Shown here: piece by piece, positions 11,501-26,500 of the stretch
Layout: each line of letters opens with the position of its first letter
How positions within the stretch are numbered: position 1 is the stretch's first letter
Source of the DNA: Girardia tigrina
Taxonomy: Eukaryota
Direction of reading: 5' to 3'
Assembly: GCA_001938485.1 (NCBI GenBank)
Contig: MQRK01243668.1
Coordinates: 1-64,000, forward strand
Length of the DNA stretch: 64,000 nucleotides
Position numbers and translations under genes: made by a program
Notes under the pieces: generated by a model
The model's database searches: none
What the model saw: only the letters and a program-made list of their open reading frames with translations
Told to the model about the DNA's origin: nothing

Positions 11501-14460
11501 TTTATTGCCCTGGAAGAAAGTTAACAGGTGTATATAGAAGTAGCAAAGATACTACAATTATTATTATTAAAAAATGATGACCTTAAAAATGTAGGATTTT
11601 AAAACTTTTTCAAAAATGATTGAATTGAATAGGGTCACTAAAACATTGTTTTTAAAGATATTGTCGGTTGTTTTGATTTGAGAGTTCTTGAGAATTTTGG
11701 TGAAATTAATGGGTAAAAAAATAAAAGTTATAATAATTTTTTTTAATAAAAGTTATGTTGCAATCAATTATTTTACGATTTTTGTGACTTAATTGTTGGC
11801 ATGTGAAGGAAATTATCATTTTGGTAGTATTAACAACATCAATATGAGTTTTACAACATTTATTAATATCACAAGCGCATTCACTATTTGACATCTCTCT
11901 TGATCAATATTTTTCTCAGTCATACTAATTATTTTCAATAAATGAAAATCTGTTAATAAAAATTATTAATTATAAAGAATCTAATTGGTTAAAATTAAAT
12001 CTAAATATTTTAAAAAAGAACATATTGAATTAATATATTAAAATTTTAAATTAAATTAAAATATAAATAATACATTAAAAAATTATTTTAAATGTTTTTA
12101 CTTTAAAATTGAATAAATTATTTTTAATTAGTAAGAATCAAAGAAAATATCAATCATCCATCTGTATAGGAGAGGCACAATCCGAATCAACATAAAACAT
12201 GCACAATATCATCACACAATTCAAAACATTCCTCACAGGTAGATTTAATCGAATTGTGTGAAAAATTTGTTCTTGAATCAAAAGAAATGAAGAGTTTTGG
12301 TTTTAGAATTTGAAGTGACAAAATTTTTGAAGTTGTAAAAATTAACAATTTGAATCAAATAAAACTTTTTGAGATTTTGGACGATAATTTGAATACGAAA
12401 CATGATATTGTTATTGACTGATTCTTATAAAATAAACGGTTTCTCTTCGTTTTGGTGAGGAAATTCACCACTTCTAACTCGTGTGTTTCCGTACGCAGAT
12501 TTCCCGAACACATCTTATGCTTACTACAAATGACTGTTGATTACCAATGATACCCAGTTCAAATGAAGAGAAAACAATCTTCCATTCGAAAACAAAATCT
12601 TTTTAAAATTATATCTGTGTATCGTGTGCAGGAATGACCAATGTGTTTATTTCATATCCATTTGTCTTCACCAGAGATATAAAGGTGGTTACAAATGTTA
12701 CGAATCGGTCATTAATAGTGTATTTGACTGATAGTGTCATTGAATTCTATATTATAAAGAGAACGAAATCTGCTTCGAATTGCGTCGTGTTGATGATTCC
12801 GATTAATCAGAGAATGAGTATAATTGGCAGAGGTGGAAGCTAGACCGACAATATTGGATCGTTTTCTAAGGATCACCGCACCGACGCTACAGTATCGCAG
12901 CCACGTAACTGCTCACGCTTTGCTAATAAATTGTCTTGATAAAATAAAATTGAAATATTAAATTTCTTTTTTATTTAATTTGTACAATATTATTGCAGAT
13001 AATGAGTAAAAAAAGATCGAAACTATTTCCGATGATAATTTTTGAACTAACATATTTAACAAGTTTTATTGTTTTATAGTATATTGCTTTGATACAAAAT
13101 AAATATTTAATTTACTAAACTTTAACCAAAATATATATTATATTCAAAACAATCATTATAATATACAATAATCACCATTGTATTATTGTTCTTTCCGGCG
13201 CCGACGCAATTTGTTAAATTTTGATACAATGTCAATTTTATTCTTACATTCTTTTCAAAAGTGTTGGGAAGATAAAATTTTAACTTTTCATCTATATTTT
13301 ATGATTCAGATTGTGAGTCACTTTATAATTCTGAAAATAAAAAAATATGCAAATAAATAAATTTATATTATTTTAATAAATTTCGAATAAAGTAAGTGTT
13401 AAAAATCATTAAACCAATGAAAAAGTTTTATTTATCATACATTCCTTTGTCGTTAAAACGATGTAACAGTTTTAGAATTGTTAGAAACGACGACGGCCAT
13501 CAGAATTTAGCAAAGAATTCCCAGTAGCATGACAAATGTGGAGTTACAAACGGAGTGATACCTATGTACGTATTAACCTCTAAATTCACAACTATTCCAT
13601 AATTTTTTCGACCTTAGCCATTGGACCGTAGGCGCATCCAATTATGCAATAACCTTTTGTGGCTTTATTTTTCAATAATTTTGAGTGTATCAGTAGGCAA
13701 GTAAAATTACCTATAACTAAGTATGAAATTTTCTAATCTATAGCGTACCACTTATTTAAAAGATGGAGGCTATTGAAATTTTATTTCTTTAAAAAGACGA
13801 CATTAACAAAAAACATATAAATGGAAATTGATTAAAAATTATTTTTATTTATTTTCAAAGTAGGACAGGACTTTGTCAGTCTCCTCATTACCAAATACAC
13901 TTCTCTATATTTAACTACAAAGTTCTTAATATCAATGCAAATCAAAATTCAAAAAAACCAAAAACATTTCATAAACAAAGCTTATAAGATAAAAACTAAT
14001 TATTACAGTTTGTTAACGTAAACTTTGCAGCTATTAACTCTTTATCTACCAGGCCATATTTTAATAGTTTTTACTGGGCACCCACTTTCTGACAATGTCG
14101 TGAATATGAAACCTATTTTTCTGAAATGCATCTTTTCAAACCATACGGGAAATGAATTTTAGTATTGATACCCTTCAATGAATAACTCTGATTAACCACT
14201 GTATACGTGTAGAGTCACAACTTGATCTATAGAAATAGGACTGTAATTATCATCAGAATAATGAGTTTATGAATCAGTCTATTTGCCGTGCTGCAAAGAG
14301 TAAGAGTTAAAATGTGGGAGCGAGAGATAAAGAAGGATAAAGTTTATCTTTAAAGTTTATTTATCCGATAAACCAGTTACATCTGGAGGTGGAGGAAGAT
14401 GGAGCTACACCACGGAATATTCTAGATGTGTGCCCACTTCATCTATTAATCAATGACTGT

Positions 14461-14520
14461 GTTCGCGTTGTGATTTCCTTTGACTCTTACTTGAGCCCAT
14501 TTGTAAATTAAATAAATAAA
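14461..14520 (+). repeat. dispersed repeat 3' end (retroposon-like), second copy at ~47346-47400
   Basis: CGCGTTGTGA(T/C)TTCCT(T/A)TGACTCTTACTTGAGCC(C/A)ATTTGTAAATTAAAT occurs at both sites, each followed by an AT-rich simple tail. Confidence 0.6.
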
Positions 14521-14542
14521 ATTAAATAAAGTAATTAAAGTA

Positions 14543-14587
<45 letters not shown>

Positions 14588-15508
14588 TACTATACTTGAT
14601 TCTATACTATACTATGCTTGATACTATACTTTATTAATTCTATACTTGAACAATAATTTTATAATGCAACTATTTTTGTTTTTTTGTGATTATTAATTTA
14701 AGCGATTTTTTGTATTTTGCGAATTTCTAGTCTTATTATATATTTTGTACTTGAATTTGTGACGGAAATTTCAATAATTTAGCTAACGATTTAAAAACGA
14801 TTGATGGTAAGTTTAAATAATCTACATAGGCCAAAAAATTCCGAGCGCCATGTCTCTGCTACCCCTGTCTGGTCTCCGGGTCAACCTAGAGATTTGATGG
14901 AACAGTTATTATTTCTTTTTTTGTGAAGTGTCGAAATGGACATCGCATTTGATATCCCTTCGTGAAATCGATGTTTCAAATCTTCATTATTTCCATTCAT
15001 TATTCCAGCATGTTTTTTAAATTTGTTTCGTTATTTATGAAGTAAAGTTAAACAGAATATATGCATTACAAATAAATATTAATGAAGACAAGGATGTTTT
15101 GTTTCCCTCTTCCATCACATGAATATTTTGTTTCTTTAAGCTATCATTTCCAGCATTTATCAAATGGTTTATATGAATCAAATATTCGCCTTATTTACAT
15201 CTATATTTTCTAAAATAAATATTGTAAAACCGAATACACCATCATAAAAAATTAAACCATGTATAATTAGTATTCCTGAACGACATGAACGCAACTTAAG
15301 GGCAAAATGCAGACAAACAGACATGTTTTGATGATAGCAGAAATCCGAACAGAAAATTTCTTTAAAAAATTCCATTTTCCAGATGACATTTTTTAAAATT
15401 TACACTTCAGTCCTGATTTACATTGATATTCTGCAATATTCGAGGAATGGGTTTTCTTATTCCCTTCATATTTCAATCAAACTTTACAAAAATTATATGT
15501 ATATATAT

Positions 15509-15552
<44 letters not shown>

Positions 15553-17098
15553 TGCAAAATAAATTAGTTAAAGCTTTTCTAAGAAATCGATTATTGAAAA
15601 CGTTTCTGAATTTTGAGTTCCATCATTAACAATTATAATTTAACATTTGCCAGTTTTACAAAGAATTTTTGATTTATTTTAATTATTTTAGATATTAGAT
15701 TAAATAGCTTTAACGAAATTATTTTTCAAAAATATCAAATAAGTGTTCAACAGACTCAATAATATATGCATATAAATTTAATTATTATTTTATTTTTTAT
15801 TATAATTTTTAAAATTATATTAATTGAAAATATTTAATATTAAGACTGCTTTACTTTTTTTCTATTTTGAATATTAACCAATGGGTTGTAATGTCTGATT
15901 AGCAGTGATTCACAACATCTCATAAAATTAACCCAAATTCATCTAAATAAAAAGAAAATCGTCTTTTAAAATCTATCTTAGCTACATTTATACACTTACT
16001 TTATCTACTCGACGGTGAGTGTTCAATAATCCTTGTTTGCGATGGCGATTTGTCGCTGTAATCTACCCCTATCATAGTCATCGATGATGGATGCCACGGA
16101 ATTCAAATCAAAAATCTTCTAATTCCAAAAAACGGAATCCGAGTCAAGATATTTTTCTAGGATACTATATGTAAGTATATAAGAGTAGCTAACAGAGCAG
16201 AACTTGTTATACAAGGTACGAGTTTCCAAAATTATGACAATTGAATTTATACACAGGAATAACTCTCACTTTATTGTCGGTTTCTATTTTACTGTAAGTA
16301 ACAATAACAATAATAATAATAATAATAATAACAATAATAATTATTGGGTTCTTGCTCAAAAGACATTATAATGAACACAAAAAATTTATTTCTATAACAA
16401 TTTGAATTTTTTAAATAAATATTTTTTTGAGGAACTTTTGTACTTTCTTTTTTTACACAACCAATATAAATAAAAATAGATATAAATAAAAATATGGTTT
16501 GTATATTTTTTTTACAAATTAAAAATTTATATTTTCTTTAATAAAAATTATAGTGAATTAAAATTTTGTCACAAAAATTTTGTTGCGTCTTTTATTAATT
16601 TTCCAATTTTATAGTACATTTAAATTTAACTGTTTCTTAATTACATTTTCCAAAAAAATTAAAATCGCATTTTTTTATTTAAGTTAAATTAGTGGTTTTC
16701 AATTATTTTTTAATTCCAAGTTTAATTTCCTATAAAAATTATAATTACATTTTCCAAAAAAAATATAACCACATTTTTAATTTACTTTGATTTAAAAGTT
16801 ACAAAAAAAATAGTTTAGTTTACTTTTATAAAATATCAAACTTAAATTACTTTTATTTTATTTCAAATAAATATTTTCATCAAATTTGAAATTAACTCTT
16901 TTTTTTTACTTTATAATAAATCTTTACATAAATCTTTTAATAACCCTACCGTAAAATTTATTTTATTTCTTACTTAAATTAATTTTTTATATTAAATTTT
17001 TGTAAATCTATTTTAACATATTTATAACAATATTTTACGGAATGTAATTGTTTATTTAATAATTTCATAAGATTCAAAATTTTTATATTTTAGTTCCC

Positions 17099-17159
<61 letters not shown>

Positions 17160-17170
17160 TTAATAATATT
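17099..17170. repeat. (TAA)n microsatellite
   Basis: Seen directly. (TA)n runs also occur at ~7105, 14548, 20768, 28316, 37091 and 59146. Confidence 0.95.
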
Positions 17171-19985
17171 AACTGCGTACTCTGTTTACGTCACATCATT
17201 ACCTGTAGATATTCCATGCTCAATAATGATAATAAATTAATAAATTAGCAAAAAAATATAACTATTTATAGTGACTTAAGCTTAAAATATTTAATTAAAA
17301 TTTCTATGTGAAATGAATTTTAATTATTTTTCTTGATTAAAAATAAGAATATTACTCCCTGAAATTAATTAGAATTTGGAGCAAGATAAAATACAAAAAC
17401 AGCTGCTTAAAGTTTACTGAAAACTACTTGAAATTTAAATTGGTATTTAAGGGAAAAATTTTATAAAAAATATATAAATAAAATATAAATAAACGTTGTG
17501 ATTATGTTTTAATCATAAAAGACAATTTTTAAAAAAAACATTAAAAATATATTTTTAATTCATTTTTGATTTTTTTAAGAAAAAAGTTCGAATTTGTTTG
17601 TAAAAGTTTACTTCGGTCTGATGAATGCGTTTGTTTAGAAATGACGTTCCAGTGGACCTTTAAGCATTGATCGAATCGATTTTCATATAAAAACTTTGTT
17701 GTTACAAACCATTTTAAAATATGTGAAAATATTTCATTAGAAACAAATAATCAGAAAATGTTTGCATATTTCAGTAAAGTTTAATCATTTAAAAATAAAA
17801 TAAAATCTGACAGAATGTATACACTCAAAACATGGAAATAGAACAATCGTACACTATGCCTTAGTAGAAGTGTTACGACATTATACAACTATAATTGATA
17901 TTAATTTTATAATTAATAAAAGATAGTAAAGCTATTTTTTTGTAATTACAATTTTTAATTAGAGCGATTAAAGTGGATCTTGTGATTACAGTCAACAACA
18001 TATATAGCATATATACAAGCCTCCCGCGACTGAACGGATAAGTGAGTATTGTAGAGACTACAGTACCAGCATTGGTGTACAGGGTAATAGACTCTGTATT
18101 GGGTAGAAACCAAAAATAGACAATACAGAGCTACTGACTTTCTCTTTTTTATATACGAATTTATACATTATGTATACTTTGTAGATATTTCATACTCAAT
18201 TTATTTTCTTGAAATCTAATTTAGTCGTTAAAGATATAAAATTTTGTTATTTTTAATTTAAATTATTGCAAAATCCGATTACATATTTATTAACTGAATT
18301 ATTTATTTTATCCGGTCAATCTCCTTTTGGTGACCAGTTACTCACAACTATGACTAATGCAATTTTCTACTTCTCTTGCCTTATGGTTATCGAAACATTA
18401 TTTCAAAATTAATTTCAAATTCTTACATTTCAGATAAAAAATCCTCTTGTTCGTTCTTCATTTTTCTATTCGTTTTGTCTTTGAAACTCTTGCTACAATT
18501 AAGAGACACAGGACTTTATAAAACATCAAAAAGTTACTTTTCGATCTTCCCGGGATACTACCAAAGTCAATCAACAACATCGATTGATCTCTTTTTGAAG
18601 ATTCTCATTTTTGTTTTTATAAATGATCATCGTTATTGTTTGATTTCAAATATGATCGGTTTCTCGATCTCCATTCGATGAAATTCGAAATGAGTCAATC
18701 ACGTTATTAACAACATCGCAATTTGAATGCAAACATTTATTTACGACACAAACAGATTCTTCACAACAATTTTCAGTGGTCATCTTGCATTGATTGATAT
18801 AGGTTTTTTGTTAATATATTCAAATCTAAAAAAACAATGAATGGGAAAGTTTAATAATAAATTTTAATTTCTTATAATTTTTATTGGATAAAAGTCATTA
18901 AATAATTTTTTAAATAAACATTAATTTTTAAAATATATTAAATTTAATAAGTTAAAATCGTTTACTGAAAATATTATTAAAAATCATAATTATCAAACTT
19001 TAATTAATTAGTACTTAAAATTAATATCATTAAATTAATTTCATTATATTCAAATAATGAATCAATAAACATATCAATCCCATCTGAGTAGGAGAGTCAC
19101 AAATCTAAACAGCATACAAACAACAAACTTACAACATTCCAAATTATCCCTCACACACATAAAACTCAATTCAATATTATCGATGTCATGTTTATACCAC
19201 ATGTGTTGGATATGACCTTTTTTATTTATTGATGATTTGAATATAAAAAAATATATATCATTTAAAAAAATAAATTAAATATAAAAAGAATAAAAAAATG
19301 ATTTATTTTGTTATAACGGGGCAGAAAGGAAGAATTTAAAAAAATGTGATTGAATTTAGAAATTGTGATTTGTTTAACCGGACAAAAATTGTTGATGACA
19401 ATGTTTGAGTTTTTTAAAAATCCAATCTTTGTAAATTAAGTTAAACGTGATTTGAAATGCATAAAGTTTGAGGGAAAGTTTTTTGAGGACAAATTGTTGT
19501 TTGGGAAAAAAAACATTGTTAAAAATAAAATAAAAGATTTTTGAATTGTGCCTTTTTTTAAACATTGTCGCCACAAACGAAATTATGAATTGTATCCGAA
19601 TTTTGATTGCGGTTTCTTTGCGCTTTCTATCTTTTCGTACTGTGAACATTGTTTCCGTCTGCAATAACAGTTGCGCTTTACACAGCCAAAATTCAAACGA
19701 TGAACCATATATTGAAAATGGTTCAAATGATCGATTTGAATGAGAAATTGATTTTATAGATTAACGATTGTAAATGTGTGGTAAATGCAGTAAATTGGTA
19801 TGAGAAGGTCGATTTAGTGGATGTTGTTGCTCGTTTTTGACTGTTGTTGGACAATGAGACGACGACTAAATACTCGTCATAAATATGTCATATTTTAATG
19901 TTGTTTAAATAATCGGGAAAAAGCGAGTATTTATTTTTTTTGATAATAAATAAATTTTTAGAAAAGTATTTGCGTTATTCCTAAC

Positions 19986-20710
19986 ATGGCGACTACACCT
20001 GCGACCTATGAAAATTTGTTGCATCACATGATTCCCGAAGCATCCAATAGAGATCAAAATTTGGAAGATTTTAATGTTGATTGTCGAAGATTTTTCGAGA
20101 TTTCGAAAATTAAAGGAGAAATCCAATCAATTCTTGTCAAGAGATTTTTATCCAAAGAATTAATTGCAATTTATGAATCGGAGCATTCCAAAATCAAACA
20201 TTTTGAAGAAAGATTGAAGATTGCTTTTCAGAAGCCATCCTCATTGATTCAAGATTTTATGACACTCTATGCTTAAGAAAAAACAAAGGATTCGCTAAAG
20301 ATTTACTTTTAAAAAAATAGATCAAATGGTCGAAAAAATATTAGCGCACCAGTGGAACAAAGAAGAACTCACATCATATTTTTAGTCCATTGTGTAGAAA
20401 CCAGAGACGAAAAGGGAATTAAAATTGCGAAATGCCACATCGGCGGAAAATATTAAAAATGTGAACTCAAAAATGGAGTATGTTTTGGAAGACAATGCAA
20501 TTCTTGTAGTTCATAGAAAAGAAACTTTTGCGGATGTAATAAGGAGGAAAAGAAATTTTCAGAACAATCAAGTCAATCATCAATCAAATGTTCGACATAA
20601 TTTCCAGAGACAACCGCCAGTACAAAAATAGAATTTGGAAAAAAGAGATGTTATCTGTTACCAATGTCAAGAGAAAGGAGATATTAAAATAAATTGTCCA
20701 TCTTGTTTCC
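19986..20710 (+). pseudogene. LTR-retrotransposon gag relic with zinc knuckle
   Basis: Broken ORF ending in CYQCQEKGDIKINCP (CX2CX4[H>D]X4C), with a gag-like helical N-terminus. Stops and frameshifts present; no pol nearby. Confidence 0.65.
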
Positions 20711-20762
20711 AACTATGTTTTAGTATGTAACAATCATTAAAATATTTATTACTTTTATTTTT

Positions 20763-20810
<48 letters not shown>

Positions 20811-21360
20811 TTAAATATTTATTTAATTGCAATTTTACCATTTATATAATTAAATGAAGTTTATTTATATTTTATACAAAAATTAAAATGCTTATAACCG
20901 ACAAATATCCGTTTATTATTTATTTTAAAATTTATATTTCAAAACTTTTATTAAATATATTAATTGTTAAAACTTAAAAAATTTTACTTTTTATTTTTGT
21001 TTAATTTTTGTTGGTTTTCTTTTAAATATTGCGAGGAATATTTAAAATTTGGTTTGTTGAGTTTAGTATTTAGAAAGGTGTTATCCGAGCACAGTTTGCA
21101 TTTTAAATTTCAACATTAGATATTAAAAAACTTTTAAAATATTAAATTGTTTCAAATTTTAATATCAAAAATTTAAATAAAGTAAATAACTTACTTTTAA
21201 ATTCAATAAATAAATGTTAAAAAACCCATATTGGTGTTCTTGACAAATATCATTTTTAATTTAAAAATTTTTTGTATTTATTTAACTTTTTAAAACCTTC
21301 CAATTTAAAAAAAATAATAAACTATTTTGGCAAAGTGCAAATTTTAACTAACTCTTCATA

Positions 21361-21600
21361 GTCTCTTACGAAAGAAGCTTTTGAATCTGAAAATATAAAA
21401 ATTAGTTGTGTAAAATAAATATTAATGAATAATCTTGTCGATATACCAATCCCAAAGTCAGAGATTTTACAAGGTGTCTCAAAGGTTTTTGATTGTTTTT
21501 ATAATTTTTTTGCTATTTTATTTGAAAATGTTTGTTAATTTTTACTTTTTAAGATGACAATATGATGAGCTGTACGTATTCGATTATTAATTGCAAGGAA
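21361..21600 (-). pseudogene. possible protein kinase fragment
   Basis: Minus strand reads ..LKSKN*..TPCKISDFGI followed by a GT donor. Degraded. Confidence 0.3.
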
Positions 21601-22027
21601 ACCTTAGTTGAAATCATAGCTGTTCGATCGTATCCCTGGCTGTCCAATCTTCTGGACGTTTCAGCATCATGGGGAACCATCACTCATTTTAGTGTCTTTC
21701 TTAAACTATCTTTCTTAATTTTTGCATGTTCAAGTCAATTTTTTTTGAATATACATTAGTTTTTTGTTTGAATTTATTAAATTACTTTTTTAAAATTTTT
21801 ATTTAAACTTTAAAAAATTTTAAATTAGCATTCTACCATTTTTATTTAGTTTTAAATTATATATTTTTTTATTTTGATATATACTTTAAAATATTAAAAA
21901 TAATTACAATTATAATCAAAACCTTTATTTTAATCCAATATAAATAAAGTTTAATTATTTATTTAATTGCTATTTTACCATTTATATGATTAAATGAAAT
22001 TTATTTATATTTTATACAAATATTAAA

Positions 22028-22822
22028 ATGCTCATAACCGACAAATATCCTGTTTTCAAAGATCTACAAACGTCAACCAAAGGTCAAGTTTACACGTGTA
22101 AAAGAAAAGTTCTTTCGAAAAATAATAAATGCGATGAGATTGTTATAGTAAAAACATTTATTAAAACAAAAAAATCGTATTTTACTCAAAGTGATTCACA
22201 CACAAAAGATATACCGAAAGAGTTATATTTTAATAATATCATCAACGACGAAAGTATTTGTCCGAAAATATTGGAAATCTTTGAAACGAAAGACGAATAT
22301 GCGATTGTGATGGAATATCTCAATGGAGATTGGAGCGATTTATTTAGTTATACTGAAATAAAAAGAAGCGAAAAGACGTTAAAGAAGGTTTTTAAGAACA
22401 TTGTATTAGCACTAGATCAAGTGATGAGGAAAGGAATTTATCATTTGGATATGAAGCCGGAAAATGTGATGGTCAATGCTAAGACTTTGAACATAAAAAT
22501 TCTAGATTTTGAAGACGGTTTATTTGATGCGATTAATTTGTTTCCCAAATGTAATAAATTAGTAGGAACGAACGGCTTTATGAGTCCAGAAGTGAGTGGA
22601 GGACAGGAATATGATGTGAGGAAGAGTATGGTGTACTCCCTGGGTTGTCTGTTTTACAGTTGCATTGAATCAGCACATCCTCCAAAAGAGGGTACAGTCC
22701 AATTTACATATAGAAAATCAACAAAATCAGCTCAAAAGTTTATTAATGATTGTGTTCGAAAATCAGTAAAGAAACGACTAGAATTTGTGGATTTATTAAA
22801 TCATATTTATTTAGTAATATAA
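22028..22822 (+). CDS. intronless atypical Ser/Thr protein kinase (PIM/CAMK-like)
   Basis: Intact 264-aa ORF with VIVK, IVMEY, YHLDMKPEN, ILDFE, GTNGFMSPE, VYSLG and a C-terminal KRL...HIY. Confidence 0.85.
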   Translation: MLITDKYPVFKDLQTSTKGQVYTCKRKVLSKNNKCDEIVIVKTFIKTKKSYFTQSDSHTKDIPKELYFNNIINDESICPKILEIFETKDEYAIVMEYLNGDWSDLFSYTEIKRSEKTLKKVFKNIVLALDQVMRKGIYHLDMKPENVMVNAKTLNIKILDFEDGLFDAINLFPKCNKLVGTNGFMSPEVSGGQEYDVRKSMVYSLGCLFYSCIESAHPPKEGTVQFTYRKSTKSAQKFINDCVRKSVKKRLEFVDLLNHIYLVI

Positions 22823-23199
22823 TAATTCTAATAATTAATTCAATTTAAATATAATAAATCGTTTCTTGAAAATAAAGAATAATTAAAAAGGAAATTAATT
22901 TAATTTTTATTATTATTTTATTGTATTCTCGTTGTTATTGTGGTTTTTGTGATGATATGTTTGCATTTTTTATTTGTTTTATATATATATATATAAAATA
23001 TATATATATATGTATATTTTATGATACTATCTTTAGCTTTACTTTTGCTGTTTTATATGTGTTAACAACATTGTATGATAAGTTTAGATGCAAAAATTCG
23101 TTTACAATTTTTAAAATTAAATTTTAATTTGCTAAATTTAAACACAAGAAACATTTATATCGAGAAAAAACATTTACAACACAAAAATACAAACTTATT

Positions 23200-23555
23200 G
23201 CTATAACCATAAGTTCGATTGTGTCTTGGATTCGTTACACGGTCCAACATATGGTAACATATGCTGAACATAGAGAGAAATGTAAAAGTAGTTTTGAGGT
23301 AAATAATTGTAAGATTCTGTGTTCAAATTTTGCAAATTATTGGGAGAGAATTGCGTATGAAGCTTTATTAATCAGGACCCACAATCAAGCGACAATCTCA
23401 ACCAATTTATTAAAAGTATTTAAGTAAAAAGCGATTAGATAAATTGATTACATGATCACTGCTTCAATATATATACGTTGTTTTGATCATTATTTGTTTT
23501 GTTGATCATTATTTGATGACGGGTGATCCATTCAAATTAATCACATTTTTTTAAA
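23200..23555 (+). mobile_element. Penelope-like element 3' fragment (GIY-YIG tail and degenerate pLTR)
   Basis: KILCSNFANYWERIAYEALLIR...LLKVFK* matches the C-terminus of ORF 59794..60198. Confidence 0.75.
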
Positions 23556-26500
23556 AATAACACTTTTGTAAATTTTGAATGGTGTTTAAATGAATTCTCT
23601 AAAAATTTACCATTATTTGGGAAATTCTCATCAAATATAATAATTATCATATAATAATTTTAATTAGTAACAATATAAATATAAACGGACAGAGTAGGTG
23701 AGAGGAAAGTAGACATTAAATAATCTTACAAATTTAACGGTGATCAATTGATAAGTTTCTGGAAAGTTTTGGGCGCAACCTGGAAACGGCCGGAACAGGC
23801 ATATTCCTAATATTCTAAACCTTTTACAGTTCATTGGCACCCGTATTATTAAAAAAAATGCACTATCGCTGTTCTATCTCAATGTTATGACTACTTATTC
23901 GATAATATGTGGTTTCTATTTTGCAATTTCATCATTTACATCCAAATCTCCCTACCCATTCTGAAAATAACGCCAAAGTTTCGACATGTTCCGACTTCAT
24001 GTTCATTTGAGTTAATGTTTATATCAAAATATATAAAAAATATGATATACCTTTTCGTCATCTCATAAATTTGAAATACAAAAATGCGTATGCTGAAGTA
24101 CAGAAAAAAAACAAATAATCCTTAAATATTGTACTTGTTAAAAAGAAAATGAACGTAAAAGAATAGAAATTTTTTTAAAATTTATTTATATATTTCTGTA
24201 ACTCGTTCATTTGAATTTACATAAATTATGAAATAATGAAAAAATATGATATAAATTAGTTAATATTGCGATTAAAATTAAAAAAAATATATAATTTTCC
24301 CATTCCTAAAATTTAGAAAAATATCGATTTCCAATTTTTCAAAAATATTTCAATTAAAAACTAAATTTTGTTATTTTTTGTTATATTTATGAAATTTTTA
24401 ATTGCTTTATTTATTATTAAATTAAATAATATAATGAATTTACAAACGAAAATTATCATCAATTAATTTATTTATTATGAAAAAATAATAATAGTTACAT
24501 AATAATAAATAAAAGAAAAATATTAAATTGTATCCTTGAGGTTAAAGTAAATGTAATAAAAAAATTAAATATTTTATTAAAATATTTATAAAATATTTTT
24601 CTTAAACTCTCTGGGTACAAATTGTTACAATTGTTTGTCATATAAAACGAAAAATTATGATAGAGTAGAAAATTAATTTTGTAAAAGGCATGAACAGAAA
24701 AGTTTCCCCTCAGGCAGCAATTTACCCCGGAAAGCTGATGGCAGCTGCTAAAGTGTACTCTTACGTGTCATAGGAGGAAATTGAACTGTCTTTCCTAACC
24801 TAAACTTTCCTGATTTGTCTCAATTTGTACGAAGAAATGTCTTGGAACGCAAAGACATCCCCGTCCCATTGGAGGGTTTCCTTCTCTTTTTTATAGTTTT
24901 GTATAAAAGATTTTACAAATTTCTTTATTATTTCTCCACTCTGTTACAACTGATAAATTTAGTGAAAACTGTGGCCTCAAGTATGAACTATTTGGATATG
25001 AGAAACAGCAATCCAACATGCTGCATGTGTCGACAAATAATAATTTCAAAAATTATAAATATAAATTTATAATAAAATATTTTTGATTTCAACATTTATA
25101 GTTTAAACTAATTTTAAGGCGATATATTTTTGATCAATCATCCATAAATTAGTATTAATCACATAATTATACATAAATTAAAACGTGGAGAATGGAACTA
25201 ATTATTTCATTAATATTTTAACGTTTTAAATATATTTTGGACATTTTATCCGAAAATTCTGGTTAACGGAAAATATTTTCCTCTTCTAATGGCATTTTAT
25301 TGGCAATAAAAACTGATCCTTGTTGATGTAGTCCATGATTCTTTTGTATTATCTTTAATTTCTTATTAGGAAAAATACTAAATTGCTTTAACAACGATAT
25401 AAAAGTTGTATCCGCCACTTCAAAGGTAAAATGATATTTCTTGTTAACATCAATAACGAATTTGGATCTGCGAGCCAATATTGTTTCTAAATTTTAATGT
25501 CCCGGATGTCAAAATTCGTACATTTGAGGGACACATCGTCATCTTCGTACTCGTATTAGTGAGCACAAACAACCAAGTTTGGCGAGTAGTCTGTTAACAT
25601 TTGATGTCTTGTCCGAATACTGAAAAACATTTTAGCGAGTTATAATTAATTAGGTATCACAAGCCTTTTAAAAAAATTCAAAAGATTAACAGTAAAGCTG
25701 TCGCAATGTTAAATATTTTTATTTGAGATTGTGATAAGTAAATCATGTTTAATTTTTAATAAGTATTTAAATATATATTACTTATTACATGGGTTTTCAT
25801 TCAGTTTTGACAATTTTTCAAATGGTTTTGGCAATTTTTCAATTGATTTTGACAATTTATAAAATAATTGTGAGGAATATTTTAAATTGTTTGAATGTGT
25901 AAATGTAATGATGCTGTATGTTGATTTAAGTATGTTGAATTTAGAATGGTGATTCTCCCCCCAGATGGAAATAGGTATTTTTTATGAAATTTAAAGTGAT
26001 TGACTATTCGAACATAATTAAAATAATCATTTTATAAAGTTCCTATTTTTTAATTTAACAATTAAAATTAAGTTTAATATTTTTAGTAAAATTTAAATTA
26101 AATGCATTTTTAATAATTTGATGACACTTTTATTATTTTGGGATTTATTGAGAATGCGAAAAATTATTATTTTGAAATAATAATTTGAGAAGTTAAATAT
26201 TTTAAAAAATCACTTAAGAAAAATTGTTCGAATAATCATGATTAAAAACAGAAATAATAAAACCAATTAGAACGATGACAAACGATGAAAGACTTTCTGA
26301 GAGTTGTAATGACTCTAAATGTGAATGTAATAAAAATTCAAACGAGACTTGTCTAATGTTTTTAATAATACTTTTAAAACATTTTAAATATTTTTATGTT
26401 GACTTTTTAATGAAATATAAATGGTTTTTAACTTTTGTTAGTCAAATTATATTGATAATGTTTCTAAAGGAAATCAAATTTTATTATTCTACTGAATAAT

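Noticed and set aside
18018-18110. tRNA- or SINE-like segment
   Set aside because: Only a weak A-box resemblance; no cloverleaf or intact B-box.
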